Positions 40,151-53,477 of a stretch of 64,000 nt of DNA are shown here, in pieces. The translations under genes and the position numbers were made by a program. The stretch spans positions 1,496,954 through 1,560,953 of the forward strand of contig CM120644.1 in NCBI GenBank assembly GCA_051362555.1, in the 5' to 3' direction. This DNA is from Lingula anatina (lineage: Eukaryota; Animalia; Brachiopoda). The notes under the pieces are model-generated. The model did not search any database. It worked only from the letters and a program-made list of their open reading frames with translations, and had not been told where the DNA came from. How positions within the stretch are numbered: position 1 is the first letter of the stretch; each line of letters starts with the position of its first letter.

Positions 40151-41350
40151 CCGTATTTGCATTTTATTCTGACTTTCAGAGCATGAAAATAAGTAGTAGG
40201 CTTAATTATAAATTTATAAATACGGTCTTTTATCAGTCTATTAATAAAAAAAGTGTCGCACTTCTAAGTCAAGCGAGATGTGTGATAGAAGTGGGTAGTT
40301 TTGTTTTATATTGTAAAATGGCTGGGGTTATTAGTAATTTTATCATTGGTCAGTGGAAATATGATTTTTGGGATCAAAGAGAATTGTGTTTTATATATTC
40401 GCCATTGAAAGTATTTTAAATGATTTGGATAAGCTGTTTCTTATTTTAGTCACATTGACTGTCAGTGTTAATAAAGGACTAATATATTGTATACAATTAT
40501 ATGTTTTTGCTTTTCTCTTTTTTGCATGTCTGAAACCTATACTGCGATTTCTATGTGACTAGCTCAACTGAAATTTAAGCGAAAAGGTCGATGGAAAAAT
40601 TCTATAATCGGACTGTTTATCTACATTTACCATAACAACCTTAAATGAAGCTGCTGATAATTCTTGAGTCCAAAATTGAATATATTTTACCGACGAAGCG
40701 CTCAAATCACATTATCAAATAATAAGATGTTTGTCAAGTTGACCTATTTCACTGCTCTGGGGGTTGCAATGGAGACTAAATCCAGCCCTACGTTAAATAG
40801 ATAATTAACACATTTTAACATGTTTTAAATAGTTGAAGAACAGAGGGTCATGGAAAACAAATATTATAGCACTCGTGGTCCACACTTTCCCTGGACACCT
40901 TTGCATTGGAAAACTGAGACCACAAACACTAGTACTGCGAGAGCTATAGTTTGTTTTAAAAAAATTCGAAAAAGAAAACATTATTCTTTGCTTTTAAGGA
41001 CGTCAACTACATGTTCAGCGACAAATCTACCTCCGGCGGTTGAGAATACAGACCGTGATGAAACGGTCGAGAACATGTCTTGAGCGCATGACTGAAGTCC
41101 ATTGTTGTCACAACCAAGTTAAGCAGGGTCTTACTGAGCCAAGGTGCGACCCGCCAGTCACGTTGAGTTACGTTTAGAAAGGTTGTACGTCAGCCCGCCA
41201 CAGATACACTACAGTACATGTATACATGTAAGTTCAGTACGTACATTCAGCACTGCATTTAAATTATACTGCTGTAATTTTTTAATTTACCCTCATGAAG
41301 GACAATGTTGCATACTTTGTTAAAAATCGTAAAGTTGAGTAGATTGTGTT
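37585..41350 (+). repeat. Duplicated 3' flank, copy B
   Basis: Colinear with 1000-4309 plus 10168-10790. Lacks the ISL2EU insertion and has its own divergent segment at about 39020-39840. Confidence 0.88.
37733..38350. repeat. 65-bp minisatellite, about 9 units, paralogous to 1086-2330
   Basis: Unit GCTACAGGTAGACTGAAATTTACTGTATATAATATGTATATATCTGTAGACATAACAGAATTGAT; period 65 (37861 to 37926). Confidence 0.92.
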
Positions 41351-42519
41351 AGTGCTGATGCCGGGGTAGATTGTGACTTGTACATGCCATCTGATGCAAT
41401 GTGCAAAGACGAGAGACTCAGGAAAACGAAAGCCCCAAAAAGCACGTGAGAACGTGAAGAACTTTGAAAACTGATAAATTCAACAAGTTTGACTACTTTT
41501 TTATTCTGAGGCAATACCCTCAAGGCTCGATGAAAGAAAAAGATAATTAAGAGTCTTCCTTCAAAACGTTCGATGGTAATTCGTACAAGGTTTCACGATT
41601 TCAGGACGTCGTTCAAAGCCAGACCCTCGTGAAGAAATAGGATTTTAAAGACTGGCTGGTCAGAAAGAAAATGGTGCAGTTTTTTTTTTCTCAATGCGCG
41701 CGAAAGTGACAGTGGTGACCGACAAGATGATAGTGGTCACCGACTTTAAATATGACGTCATCTGGATTTCAGCAAAATATATATTGGGATGAAAAATGTT
41801 GGCAACCTGTTTGCAGTCGTGTTTTGCTTGACATAGTCAATAAAACAGTATATTTATCTAGAACAAAAGTGAAATTCAAAAATAATTAAACGGGTCGATA
41901 AATGGTGTAACCTTCATCAACAGGGTCCATAATTCAGAAACGGGGGTGCAGAATCAGGTTGTGAGGAACGCTCTAGATAAACAGGACAGTTACACCGTGC
42001 GGAACCAACTCAACATATAAATAACAAAGCTAATATAAACTTTAAGACTCAAGATAAGCAAAGTTCTGAATCTGTTTGTTTTGAAATTGCTCAAAAAGTT
42101 AAATTACGTGAAAACTGATTCACCATAAAGACGGGTCCATCTTTGAGAAGATGCTGATCACTTGTGAAAGTTGTTAAAATTTGAAACTTAATTCTGTAAA
42201 ATTAAGAATGGGGGAACTGAAGTTGTTATTTTTGGGCTGGCACTGAAAATCTTCCAAAAATGATGATGATTAATATATTGTACCCTTAGCTCTAATGCTA
42301 TTTCCAGTTGTGGCACCATCTTTATGATGACCCTCGAACTAAACTTAACTTAGAATCTGTAATTGCATGTGTTACTAAAAACGAGTTGACGCTTGATTGT
42401 TATGAAATACAACAACCAAAACACAATGTGAGCATGAACATGTTTTAAATGCCCTAAACATTCATCAATACGTTTTCATTAATATGCAAGATAAAAAGAC
42501 AACTTGGGACAGGTGTTAT

Positions 42520-42740
42520 GCTTTATTTCTTAAGCGCTGACAAAATTTTGAAGAGTATTTGTGAGAAATTTGAAGAATAAGATTAAGTTTTAAATTTGCA
42601 TTTGTCTATTCATCGGAAATGTCGTCCAGGCACGTAGTAAAATATGTTAGAGCGGTTATAAAGCACAGGTCACGTGGTTGATGTCGTCAACGGCGCACGC
42701 TGCAAGGCGTTAAGGGGACCTTCCCAATAACCCCGCCTAC
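42520..42740 (-). other. Terminal exon (stop plus 3' UTR) of the minus-strand Gly/Tyr-rich gene
   Basis: Acceptor ttttctttcatttcag|G TAG. Contains TGACGACATCAACCACGTGACC, homologous to TGACGACATGGACCAAGTGACC at about 58098. AATAAA on the minus strand at 42527-42522. Confidence 0.6.
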
Positions 42741-43111
42741 CTGAAATGAAAGAAAACATTGTTTTTAGTGATCATTATATAAGACATATATGATGACTTC
42801 TTTGTGTTTCGCTCACGATATATTCGATAGTACCATAGTCGATATACATGTAATTCTGTCTGCAGCGTTTGTTAGTCATATATCTGTGAGAACAATCACG
42901 TATTCTAGGTAGAGCCCTTATTAATATTATTGAGATGATAACACAGTTACAAAAGATACATAAAATCAATTAAGAATATCAGTTTTGCAAGTTAATCTCG
43001 TAAATAATTTTCATACTACATATTTTTCTTCAACTTGACTAGTTATTTACCAGCTGTTAGGAAACTGAAGCTGGCAAAACCCACGTATACACGCTCAAGG
43101 TTAAAAGATAT

Positions 43112-43330
43112 TGGAGGTTATGTTTTCACCCCTGCTTGTCTGTCTGTCATCAACATAACTCAAGTTATGGACCGATTTTAATGAAATTTTCAGGAACTGT
43201 CAGAAGTGGGCCAAGGAAAATACGATTATTTTTTGGTGGTGATCCGGATCAATAATCAATCAATAATCAAAAATAATAATAAAATCAATGCCTTGGCGGA
43301 GGTCTGCGCTCTCGGAGTGCTTTTCTAGTT
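43112..43330 (+). mobile_element. HINE/DINE-1-like Helentron-associated element
   Basis: GGAGGTTATGTTTTCACCCC, (GTCT)n, subterminal CCTTGGCGGAGG, hairpin, end CTAGTT. Confidence 0.75.
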
Positions 43331-43898
43331 ACATATATAAACAAGGCAGCAAAGCTGTCAAATGTACAGACAAAAAACAGAAAATAAAGATGCAAAAAAG
43401 GTCATTTTGTCCATTTTGATGCAATAATAAATAATGCTTATAATAGCACTGTCAGTCAACACTGAATTTTAATCTTGCACAACAGGTAACATGGTCAATA
43501 ACAGGAGCAGACCCAGAGATATTTTCTGACAGTATTACAAAGTATCTATGTTGATCCATCCTCCATTTTGATGGTCTTCCAACAGAAAAAAATAGATACC
43601 GGTCAATATAAACTTAATAACCTGACTGTCTTCCGGAAGACCCAGAAGATGGTCTCAATCCACCCCTTCAATAAGATTACAGTTTCAGGACCATAAGAGT
43701 TCAAATTCACATTATGAAAGTCTCAATATTTGAAAAATGATGACAGTGCATAAAATAATATTACATAATGTTTAAAGACATAAAAAACAATACAACTGCT
43801 TATGTAGAAATACAGAAAATGTGCAGAGCCCCAGGCAGATGAGAGTTAAAAGTCACAAATGCAAGTGTTTGAGAAAAAATTATAAAGGAAAACAACAA

Positions 43899-44136
43899 AA
43901 CTAGAAAAGCACTTTGAGAGTGCAGACCTCTGCCAAGGCAGCAATTGTTGATTATTATTGATAATTGATTGATTATTGATCCGGACCACCACCAAAAATT
44001 AATCATTGTCCTCTTTGGCCCACTTCCGACAGTTCCTGAAAATTTCTGCAAAATCGGTCCATAACTTTTTTGTGTTATGTGGATGACAGACAAACAGGGG
44101 TGAAAATATAACCTCCTTGGCAGAGCTTGAGGTAAA
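43899..44136 (-). mobile_element. HINE/DINE-1-like element, inverted copy of 43112-43330
   Basis: Reverse complement of the same family: AACTAGAAAAGCACT...GCAGACCTCTGCCAAGGC...GGGGTGAAAATATAACCTCCTTGGCAGAG. Confidence 0.75.
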
Positions 44137-45964
44137 TATAATTCCAATGAAGATGCTATTCAAACTTTTAATCTTCCAGTTTGATATATATATATATATA
44201 TATTTAAATATTAAACAAAATTTACCTGCATAATTATCACTGCTTCCTTATTATTAATCTAGCAGAGAGCTTTACCTTTGGGAGTTTACAGGGAAATATC
44301 AACGAGTGTGCTTTACGTAATCTCATTTAATGGCCTATTAAAGCAAATGACTTTATAACACTGAAATTAATCTAGTGATACCCAAGGGTAATTTACAGAC
44401 TGACCCACTCAAAGGTCTTCAGGCCCATAAGTCACACCTTAAGAAAAGCACAAAACCATAATGCCCAAAATAGGAGACTACCAATCCTGATGCAATAATA
44501 CATTATGTTTAACTGCACAGTCAACATCAACTTATGCACAACAGGTCACACAGACGAAAGTAAAAGCATAAGGCTCCAGGCCCATCAGAGTTCAAGTTTA
44601 TACTTAGAAAGTGCCAGAATGAGAAAAATGAAAATTTCACAAAAAATGCATAAATACAATAAACATGATAATCCAATAGAGCTGGTTTTCTCATGAGCTG
44701 AAGGCCAATCCTAAAAATCGTACTTGTAAGGTTAAAATTATAATAAGTGGCACAGTTTTCTTTTCATAATGTTTGCAGTAGCAGTGCAAAAAGATTGTTG
44801 TCAATTTTGATGTAACATTACATAATAAATTAGAGAATAATTATCACCAATTTTTGTTTATTGAATATAAATAGGATGGACATGTAGAAAATATGATTAC
44901 CATTTGGCTTCATGTCCATGGGAGCTCCGAGTCCCACAATGAATATGCCAAAAAGATAATGAATATTACACTAAAATGTATAACTTCCAGAAAAAGAAGC
45001 CAATTAGACTGCTTTTCTAACTCAGGCTGCATTTTAGTCCTGTGTTTCTTTTTTGAAAGTTTGACAGTCATAAGTAACACGGTTTTCCCATAATGGTCAT
45101 CAAGGCAGCAGCACCAAAAATTGTGTTTTCTTCTATTTTGATGCAACATTACATAATGCTTAACAGCATAATGACCATCGATTTTTAATAATAAAATATA
45201 AGTGTCATGAATTTTCACAAAATGTGACTAGCATGGGTCTTCAAGCCCGTGGAGGTTCTAATTCACACCTTGGAAATGCCAATATGTGAAAAATTAAATT
45301 TTCACAAAAAACTGTTTAATTGCCAGAAAAATTTACCAAACAGACTGCATTGCCTACTGAAGCTGTATTTTAGTCCCATGTTTCTTTCCTGCAAGTTTGA
45401 GAACAGTAAGTGACATGATTTTCCTTAAATGGTCATCATGGGAGCAGTGCCCAAAATAGGGGTTTCTTCAAATTTTGATGGAATATTACATAATGTTTTA
45501 CAGCATAATGACCATCAATTTGTAATTATAAAATATTAGTATCATGGTTATTCAGAAAATGTGACAAGCAAAAGTCTTCAGGCCCATGGAAATTCAAAGT
45601 CACATATTGAAAATGCCAAAATGTAAACAAGACAGCACTGTTCTGAAATGGGCTTATTTCCATTTTTAACACTTTTTTAACATAAAACAAAATAATCAGT
45701 TTACTGCCATTTTTATATGACCAATGAAGAAAATTGATGAGATGGGAAAAGTATCAATAGAACAGTGTTAAATGTCCAACTTCCTCCATTCTGAGATTCT
45801 GAACATAATGGATGAATGCATCTGACAAACTGCAATGATATGAGTTTATTTCCATTTTTGACACTTTATTACACAATACATGATAACAACATCATTTTTA
45901 AAAAATCAACTAACAATGTTGTAAAGATGCAGGAAATGTCAAACAAACACTTTTACGTATCTTA

Positions 45965-46680
45965 TTAGTTCAATAATGAGACTGTTAACATGCCTAAGAA
46001 TTGAATGTGAGGAAATGTGAAAAAACAGCATAACTTCTAAAATAATGAACTGATTATGCTGATTTTCAAACTCAACCTGCGTTTTAGTAAGATTGGCCCC
46101 TCCTGTGAGTATAATGACAATTGGCCAATCTGTTTTTCTTATATTGTGTTATCAGTGTTACATATATACTGAAAAAACAGCATAAATTCCCTATAAGTGA
46201 CCCGATCGTGCTGATTTTCGAACTTGACCTGCGTATTATGAATATTTATCAGTTCTGTAAGTTTCAAGCCAAAAAGTAAAATGGTTTTCCACTTATCGTG
46301 TTATCGGTGCTGCAAATATGCTGAAAGACGAGAAAAAATAGCCTAAATTCACTAAAAATGACCCAATCACGCTGATTTTCGAACTTGATCTCCGTATTAT
46401 GTATATTCATCAGTTCTGTAAGTTTCAAGCCAAAAGGTAAAATGGTTTTCCACTTATCGTGTTATCGGTGCTGCATATATGCTGAAAAAAGTGAAAAAAC
46501 AGCATAAATTCCATATAAGTGACCCGATCATGCTGATTTTCGAACTCGACCTGCGTATTATGAATATTCATCAGTTCTGTAAGTTTCAAACAAAAAGAAA
46601 AAACAGTTTTCCACTTATCGTGTTATCGGTAAAAGTGCACGGCGACGACGGCAACGACAGACGCAGATGACGGCTATATG
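45965..46680 (-). repeat. About 160-bp tandem repeat (3-4 units), probably within a HINE-like element, in an intron
   Basis: GACCCGATCGTGCTGATTTTCGAACTTGACCTGCGTATTATG...CCACTTATCGTGTTATCGG repeated at about 46199, 46360 and 46521, followed by a (GAC)-rich tract. Confidence 0.7.
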
Positions 46681-46731
46681 TACAGACACATCAGACACAT
46701 CACAAAATCAAAATCTCAACATGAAACTCAC

Positions 46732-46899
46732 CCTAAGTAAGGCTTTGGTACGTATTGTGTGTATCCGTTCCTTCTGCTGTAGTCATACCCCACCCCTGCA
46801 TAGCTGTTGTAGCCGTAGCTGTGATATCCGCTGCTGGTGCCATAGTCGTCTGGTTTATAACCATATCCATATCTGTCTGGTTGATAGCCATAGTAGGTC
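46732..46899 (-). CDS. Exon 2 of a Gly/Tyr-rich secreted-peptide paralogue (gene span about 42737-47895; first exon damaged, possibly a pseudogene)
   Basis: ttttgattaag|...|gtgagt, phase 2-2, 168 nt, reading (R)TYYGYQPDRYGYGYKPDDYGTSSGYHSYGYNSYAGVGYDYSRRNGYTQYVPKPYLG. Homologous to 55622-55816 (GYQPDxYG, YGYNSY, GYD, NGY). Confidence 0.72.
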
Positions 46900-47796
46900 C
46901 TTAATCAAAATATAAAAGACGACTTTTCATTTTCAAGGCCTGGAATATGAAGCGGGAAAATCCCACTATTCAAATAAGTTCTGCTCCTTTTAATCTTGCT
47001 TAAAATTGCATCATAAAAGCAGAGTTTATGGTTTTCAATATAAAAAGTTAACAATAAGGATTAGGGTCAACACTAGTGGAAATGCAGGCTTCTGGGGGAA
47101 TAAGCAGACGAGAAAAGAAGCATATGACAATGTGGAATACATGTAATTGTAAAGTCAAAAACTGCAACATACTATTTAATAAAGGTCTTCGCCAAAGCCC
47201 ATAGTATTACAAAAGACACGAGAGAATCGAAATTTGGAATCAGACAATGTTGATTCCCAGAACTACAAAGTATAAAAATGCACACTCGTCGAGTTTTTTA
47301 CTAACTCTATCAGCACTAGAATGTAAGATGTATTGGTCTATTGCAGATTCCACAACAGGTATATGCCATACAATAATATATCTCCCTCTTTCTCTCTCTT
47401 TCCCTCATCCTTTGCTATAAACATCTCATATACCAGAGCAAAAGATTATATAAAAACCTGTATTCTGAGAATTTACGTAAGGTAGTGACGTCATCATTGC
47501 GATTGCTCTGATAGAGTTTTCTGAATAGTAGACAAAAGAATCATCTTAATCATTTGAACGCTACATACGTACATGAAAAATTGTGATTCTTTGCATTACT
47601 TTCCTTTCTATTTTAATGTTCTTGGCGATTTGTACAGTATGCAAGACTTTTATAAGCAATCTCTCTTATTCTCACTCCCTTACCTTTCACCAGTACTATT
47701 CCATCCCATGGAGGCAACCACGGTCAGGAGAGCAGCTGGTAGAATCAGACTAGTTGAAGGCTACATGTAGTATAAATGCCTATTAACAGTAGTTAA

Positions 47797-47828
<32 letters not shown>

Positions 47829-48092
47829 ACCTTTGATCAAATTCTGGCGGCGACCACGGCCAAGGAAAGCTGAGAGTAGAATTAACCCAGGACATATTTT
47901 GTAGGACGACCGCGGGCTCATCCTGTCGGTGTTCTGACTGATACTCCGAAATGCGATCTGACACACACCTTGAAAACGGGTAGTGTGGTCCGATATATCG
48001 GTTATTTCAGGTTCCTTATGTGCGGAGTCTGGTTGTTGGGTAGGCCTGAGTGCGCGCGTCTTCCGAATCTCCCTCTCTATCTCTCTCTCTCT

Positions 48093-48131
<39 letters not shown>

Positions 48132-48555
48132 CTAACTCTCTCTCTCTCTGTCTCTTTCTTCACACACACACACTATTACTAGTTGACTTAAAATGCTTGT
48201 CAAACTGTTTCCGATTAGTTTAGTTTGAATCGTACCGTCTAAAAATGTTATGTGTAAGTTAAAACTGGGACTGGGAGAAATGACATTAGTCTTCAGTATT
48301 TCATGTCTTAACTGATAATGATGGTCCTGCTTTTGGCAGTTTTTAATTTAAACAAATCCTCTCTCCCTCTTTCTCTTTCTCTCTCTCTCGCTGTGTGTGT
48401 GTCGTGTGTGTTTGTGTGTCGTGTTTTCTTCAACTTCTAGGTGTCATATGCAAGCTCAGGCTTCCTAACAGCTGCACTACTGACCCCGTTTTTTCTTTAT
48501 ATTTGTCAGCGTTGGCTGGCGTGTTTTTAAAATATTAATCAATTCCGTGCCTTAA

Positions 48556-51500
48556 GAGCGCGTCCATGAGAAAGCCAGACAGATCAGTCAGAAGGTGGCA
48601 AGGTGGGGGTCAACAGATTTTAATAATTTTTGGTGTGGTAAACCATCAACATAAAAGATATTGTGAGCCACTGGCTTTCTTATTTTGGATCATTAGTTTT
48701 AGAGATATGGGGGCAGATCTTTTATTGGCAATTTTGCCAAAATATAGCACTTTTTAGCTCTTGAAAAGTTATAATTTTAAATATTCTTTTAAAAAATCAT
48801 GTACAGCATAAGGAATTATTAAGGTAAGCCACATGATAGGTTAAGGAAAGACCTTTAATACCCAGTACAGATTTTTTGAAAAGGCACTGTCATGACCACA
48901 CAAGGTTGATTCTAATAAGGCATGTTTTCCGTATGCTTGACCCCCTCCCCTTCTTTAAATGCACACAACTTCTTTTTTGCAGGTTTTATCCATATAATTT
49001 TGGTATGTGCTGATAGAAAAGGGTTGAAAAATAAATTTTGTAAAATAAAATCTGTGTTAAACCTTGTAAAATAAGAACTACAACAATTTTAAAAAGGGCC
49101 TAAAAACGAATATTTTTATACTACTTTAATGCTAAACTGTTTCTTCAACTAAATAAATAAGTCAAAACCATGTATAGGTTTGTGAAAAGCCCTTAAAATA
49201 ATTATGTTTGCCCTGCAGACGAACTTATGAAGCGAAAATGCATTTTTTAAATTTGTTTATGTTGTAGAAACTAAATGTAAAATAACGATGCTAACTCTGT
49301 GACCTATTTTCAACATGGCGGGTACTAGGATTATCACCGGAGCAGCTGTGGAGCAAAGCACATCGTCTTCACAGTGTTAAAACATAATACTTTCTTAAAT
49401 TTATGAAGAACACGCACTAGAGATGCTTAAGTACATCTCAGAAGGATTGGTGTGCACCAGAATATAACAAGAAATGACCATAGCAGCTGGTCGTCCTTAG
49501 AATGTGCATTTTTTGGTTGAACCACTTCAGACTGTTGTCAGGCTTGGGTTCCTCAATATATCCATCTCATCGATTTAGCTCTGGATGTTTGTTGTAAGGT
49601 AAGTGATCAGTGGTGGCATACATATACTAGAATCAGATACACTAAAAACTCAAACCAGTTTAAATAATACGTTTGAATATTATTCAGTAATGTAAAGAAT
49701 ATAAGCAAATTTTAAAGACATACTGGTATATTTCAATTCACAGAGTTTTACTTGATTTCTGTTTCATGGTAAACATGTATGCTGAAAAGAATTAACTGTG
49801 TATCTAACTTATGAAGTATATTTTTGCATTAAATTCTAGGGCTTTGTTACATGTGTTATCATAACACAAACAGTTAAGGACTATGCTGAGCTTGAAGACA
49901 GCTTCATAAGAAATTTCTTACCCAGAGTCAAAGGTATGTAACACACATTCAGCTTCAAGTTTTGGCATTTTAGGGGATGTTACTTGTGCCAGTTTTTTAC
50001 ATTTTAGTTTTATATTCACTTTGCAGATTTGTGTGTTTACAATGAAGTTGAAGTTAACCGCCTGTGCTTCAATTTTCAAGACTTACATATATTACACAGG
50101 ACACTTGTAACTAAAGGTACTTATGTAAAATCAGGAAAACTTTGCGGTCCATTATGTTGTTCATGTTGCTTTGCAAGGGGGCGTGCCAGACAATTAAGCT
50201 GATTACAACGACTGAGCCAGAGTGTGATTCTCCGCTGAGATAGATTGATCCTGCTACGATAGTTTCTATTCTGAACACAGTAAGCCTCTGTTGTTGTAAA
50301 GCATTTATTGATGTTACGTTTATTTTTCAGAATTTACATCCTAGGCCTGTATGTGAACCTTGACCTGGACAATCTTACAGACAATAATAGAAAAGTCACC
50401 TGAAATTGCACAGGCAAATTCATCAGATTCAGATGTGAGCACCAACTTTGTAATGCCTGGAACACTTCCATGGAGAAGAAAAAAGGTTTACCTTTTTTTC
50501 ATTTGTTTCTTTTTATATCATGAAATTCTGGTAGCTACAGTCATGCATATTTGATTTCTTTTTTTACATTTATGCAATATGTTTGATCAGAATATTATTT
50601 AGTAATTGTTCTTATACAGCAATTAACATGAGTTTAAAATATGTTTAATACATTTTCTTTTGACAGCCTGTCCTGCCATCTTCAGGTAGACGCAGTAGTG
50701 GATATCCTGGCAAACCTCTATTGGACTTGGAGGAGCCACCTTGGGACAATCCCCCATGACAAATGTGCATCTTTGTCTTGGCAATCTCATTCAGTTTTGT
50801 AGGAAAGGAGGATTGGCGCCATTGAATTTACAAATATTGACAATTGACAGTTCAGTCACACTAAACTATAGTGGCATGTTGCTTCAAGTTACCACACTTA
50901 TTCTAAGATTGCTGAATTATCATTACTGTAGGAGACCCTGGATCTCTCAACCAGAAGAAGAAACTTGGGGATCAATCAGTTATAAGATTAAAATCTGTGG
51001 AACACTACCCATCACTGTTGTGTTCAGTATATGGAAAAGATGGCCGTGATATAGGAACCTTGGAGATTCATAACTTGATTTCACTCCTGTAAAAAGTTAC
51101 TGCTTTGTTCTTTTACTGTCCAATTGATAATATGAAAATAAAGTACTCCTCCTGTCATTGTATGTTGCTGACTCTGTTTTAATTTTCTTTATAGATAAAG
51201 AATATAGATATCAAGATATCACATGTATTTACAAAGCCTATGAATCATTAGAAAGGAAAAAGAATGGTTGAAAAATGCAATATAAATCATTTCAAGTGGA
51301 TTAATTAGTGTTGCACTTGAGAAAACTGATAAAATGAGACAGTCATTCCCTTTTACCTTTAGAAAAATCATTTGTAATTTTTTTTCTCTATTGCTCCCTG
51401 AAAATAAGGTATATACACAATGCTGATGACACTGGATATGCACAGTAATAACTTATTAAATGGAAGGGGGGGGGATAACTTGTAATTTAAATTTATTCAG

Positions 51501-52330
51501 AAGTTGTATGGCTCTGTTTGAAAAGAATATTATTTGAGCAATCCTGTATTACAGATCTCAAAATAAAAAACCTGCAAAAATGGGCCTCTTGATTATTTTG
51601 AGGAATTAGGGTAACTGTATTTTTGGGACAGATTTGATGGCAGCCATTTTGTATTTATAAAAATTGGATAGATTTGCCCTTATCAAAGCATAGTTTGAAT
51701 TCCTGGCTGTGAGTCTTTGATTAAATTTGATTATTGGAAGGAATTTTATCTCAAAATGTACTGATATCTTGATTTCGGCCGTTTGGTTTTCTGCTAAAAT
51801 TGCTTAAGTTTGAGGCACTTTTTCAATATCTTCTGTTGTGTTTAACACACTTTTTGAATTTTGTATGATTAGACCAATATATGCTTAGGATCCCTATAAA
51901 ATTTTATGGCTGTCAAGCCTGCAAAAAGAGAGATATGAATGCTTGAACATTGCTTGGTAGAAAAGTGAGTTTGGGGGGTGGGGTCATAAAAATGGGCGTG
52001 GCTCGTTAGTTTGTGGGTTAAACTGAAATTTAGTAACATATTCTCAATGGCAAATGGCTGGTTTAAATAGGTAAATTTTCAATTAATTTTAAAAAGTCGT
52101 CAGTTTTGACATATTTGCTTATGAAGTGGCTTTATTGACCGAAGCTGAAAATTAAGCCAAAAATGGCCAAAACATATAATATCATATTATAATTATATCC
52201 AATGATTTCTTTTGGGATTGTTGCCTTCAATCTTAATATCTCCTATATATGCAACAATATTATGAATTTGGTTGAAATCTGTTGACCCCCACCTTGCCAC
52301 CCTCTGACTGGTCTTATCATGGACACACAC
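48556..52330. mobile_element. TTAA-flanked TIR DNA transposon (3.8 kb), Sola3- or Kolobok-like, with degenerate spliced coding remnants
   Basis: TTAA at 48552-48555 and 52331-52334. About 60-bp imperfect TIR (GTCCATGA...CAGTCAGARGGTGGCAAGGTGGGGGTCAACAGATTT). The left end starts GAG, as Sola3 ends do. Confidence 0.72.
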
Positions 52331-52682
52331 TTAAGTGTTACGTCTGATTATTAGGACAAAAGCAACACATAAACATTAATATTTGCTGTACTGCCCGAAG
52401 AAAATGACATCCGTACATGTTTAATGATATTGTTATACTTAGGAGAATTTCTAATGAATCACAGTGACATTAAAAGAAGACAAGATCCTCAACCTTTCAC
52501 CCTACAGAGACAACAGACGACATTAAACAGACATAAAATTTAGTCTTACAGCGTCCATAATCATTGACATTCTTTCGTTAAAGATGGCCACTGGCGGACG
52601 CTTAATGCACGTGTGGTCAGCGGGAGTGCTGGCGTTGATGTTGTAATAATAAGTGTGGCCACGGGCCGTAGCAATAAACCAA

Positions 52683-52907
52683 GACCCCATTTCCACAGAT
52701 TTTAGATCGATCTATCCCTGTGCGGAGTCCCACTAGATTACTGTTAGCTTAGCCGGCTTAAGCGTCTGTCCCGCCTACTGAAAGCTGTAAGGGGGTAATT
52801 AACTATGGTGCGCGCTCGGCTGACTGCAATTTAGCTTGAACCCCCAGGGAGTTAGGTCGATCTAAATTTTAATCCCTGGATCGATCTAAATCTCTGGGAA
52901 TACACCC
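52683..52907. mobile_element. Harbinger/Tourist-type MITE, copy 1
   Basis: Imperfect TIR (ATTTCCACAGATTTTAGATCGATC / GATCGATCTAAATCTCTGGGAAT), 3-bp TSD CAA. Second copy at 62503-62728. Confidence 0.75.
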
Positions 52908-53124
52908 CAAAGGTTAATTGGTCCGAGTCTCAAGTAATGCATGAATTAGGCCTAAGTGTATAGTGTACATGTTACAAGGTAAAGTTAATCAGAGGGGCGT
53001 GATGTATACGATATATATTTCGAACTATCGAAGAGTCGGTCCTGCCTTTGATAGTTTATTGAATTGAAGTAGATGTTGGACGTTGAATTTGGACGTTGAA
53101 TTGCTATCATATAAGCAAGTAACG

Positions 53125-53375
<251 letters not shown>

Positions 53376-53477
53376 CTGTCTCAATATCCTTCTTTCTTTC
53401 CTTCTCGGATCCATCAGACCCACAAACCAGCATGCCTTCAAGCTGACAAGAGCATAAAACTGACGCCAACCAAGTTA

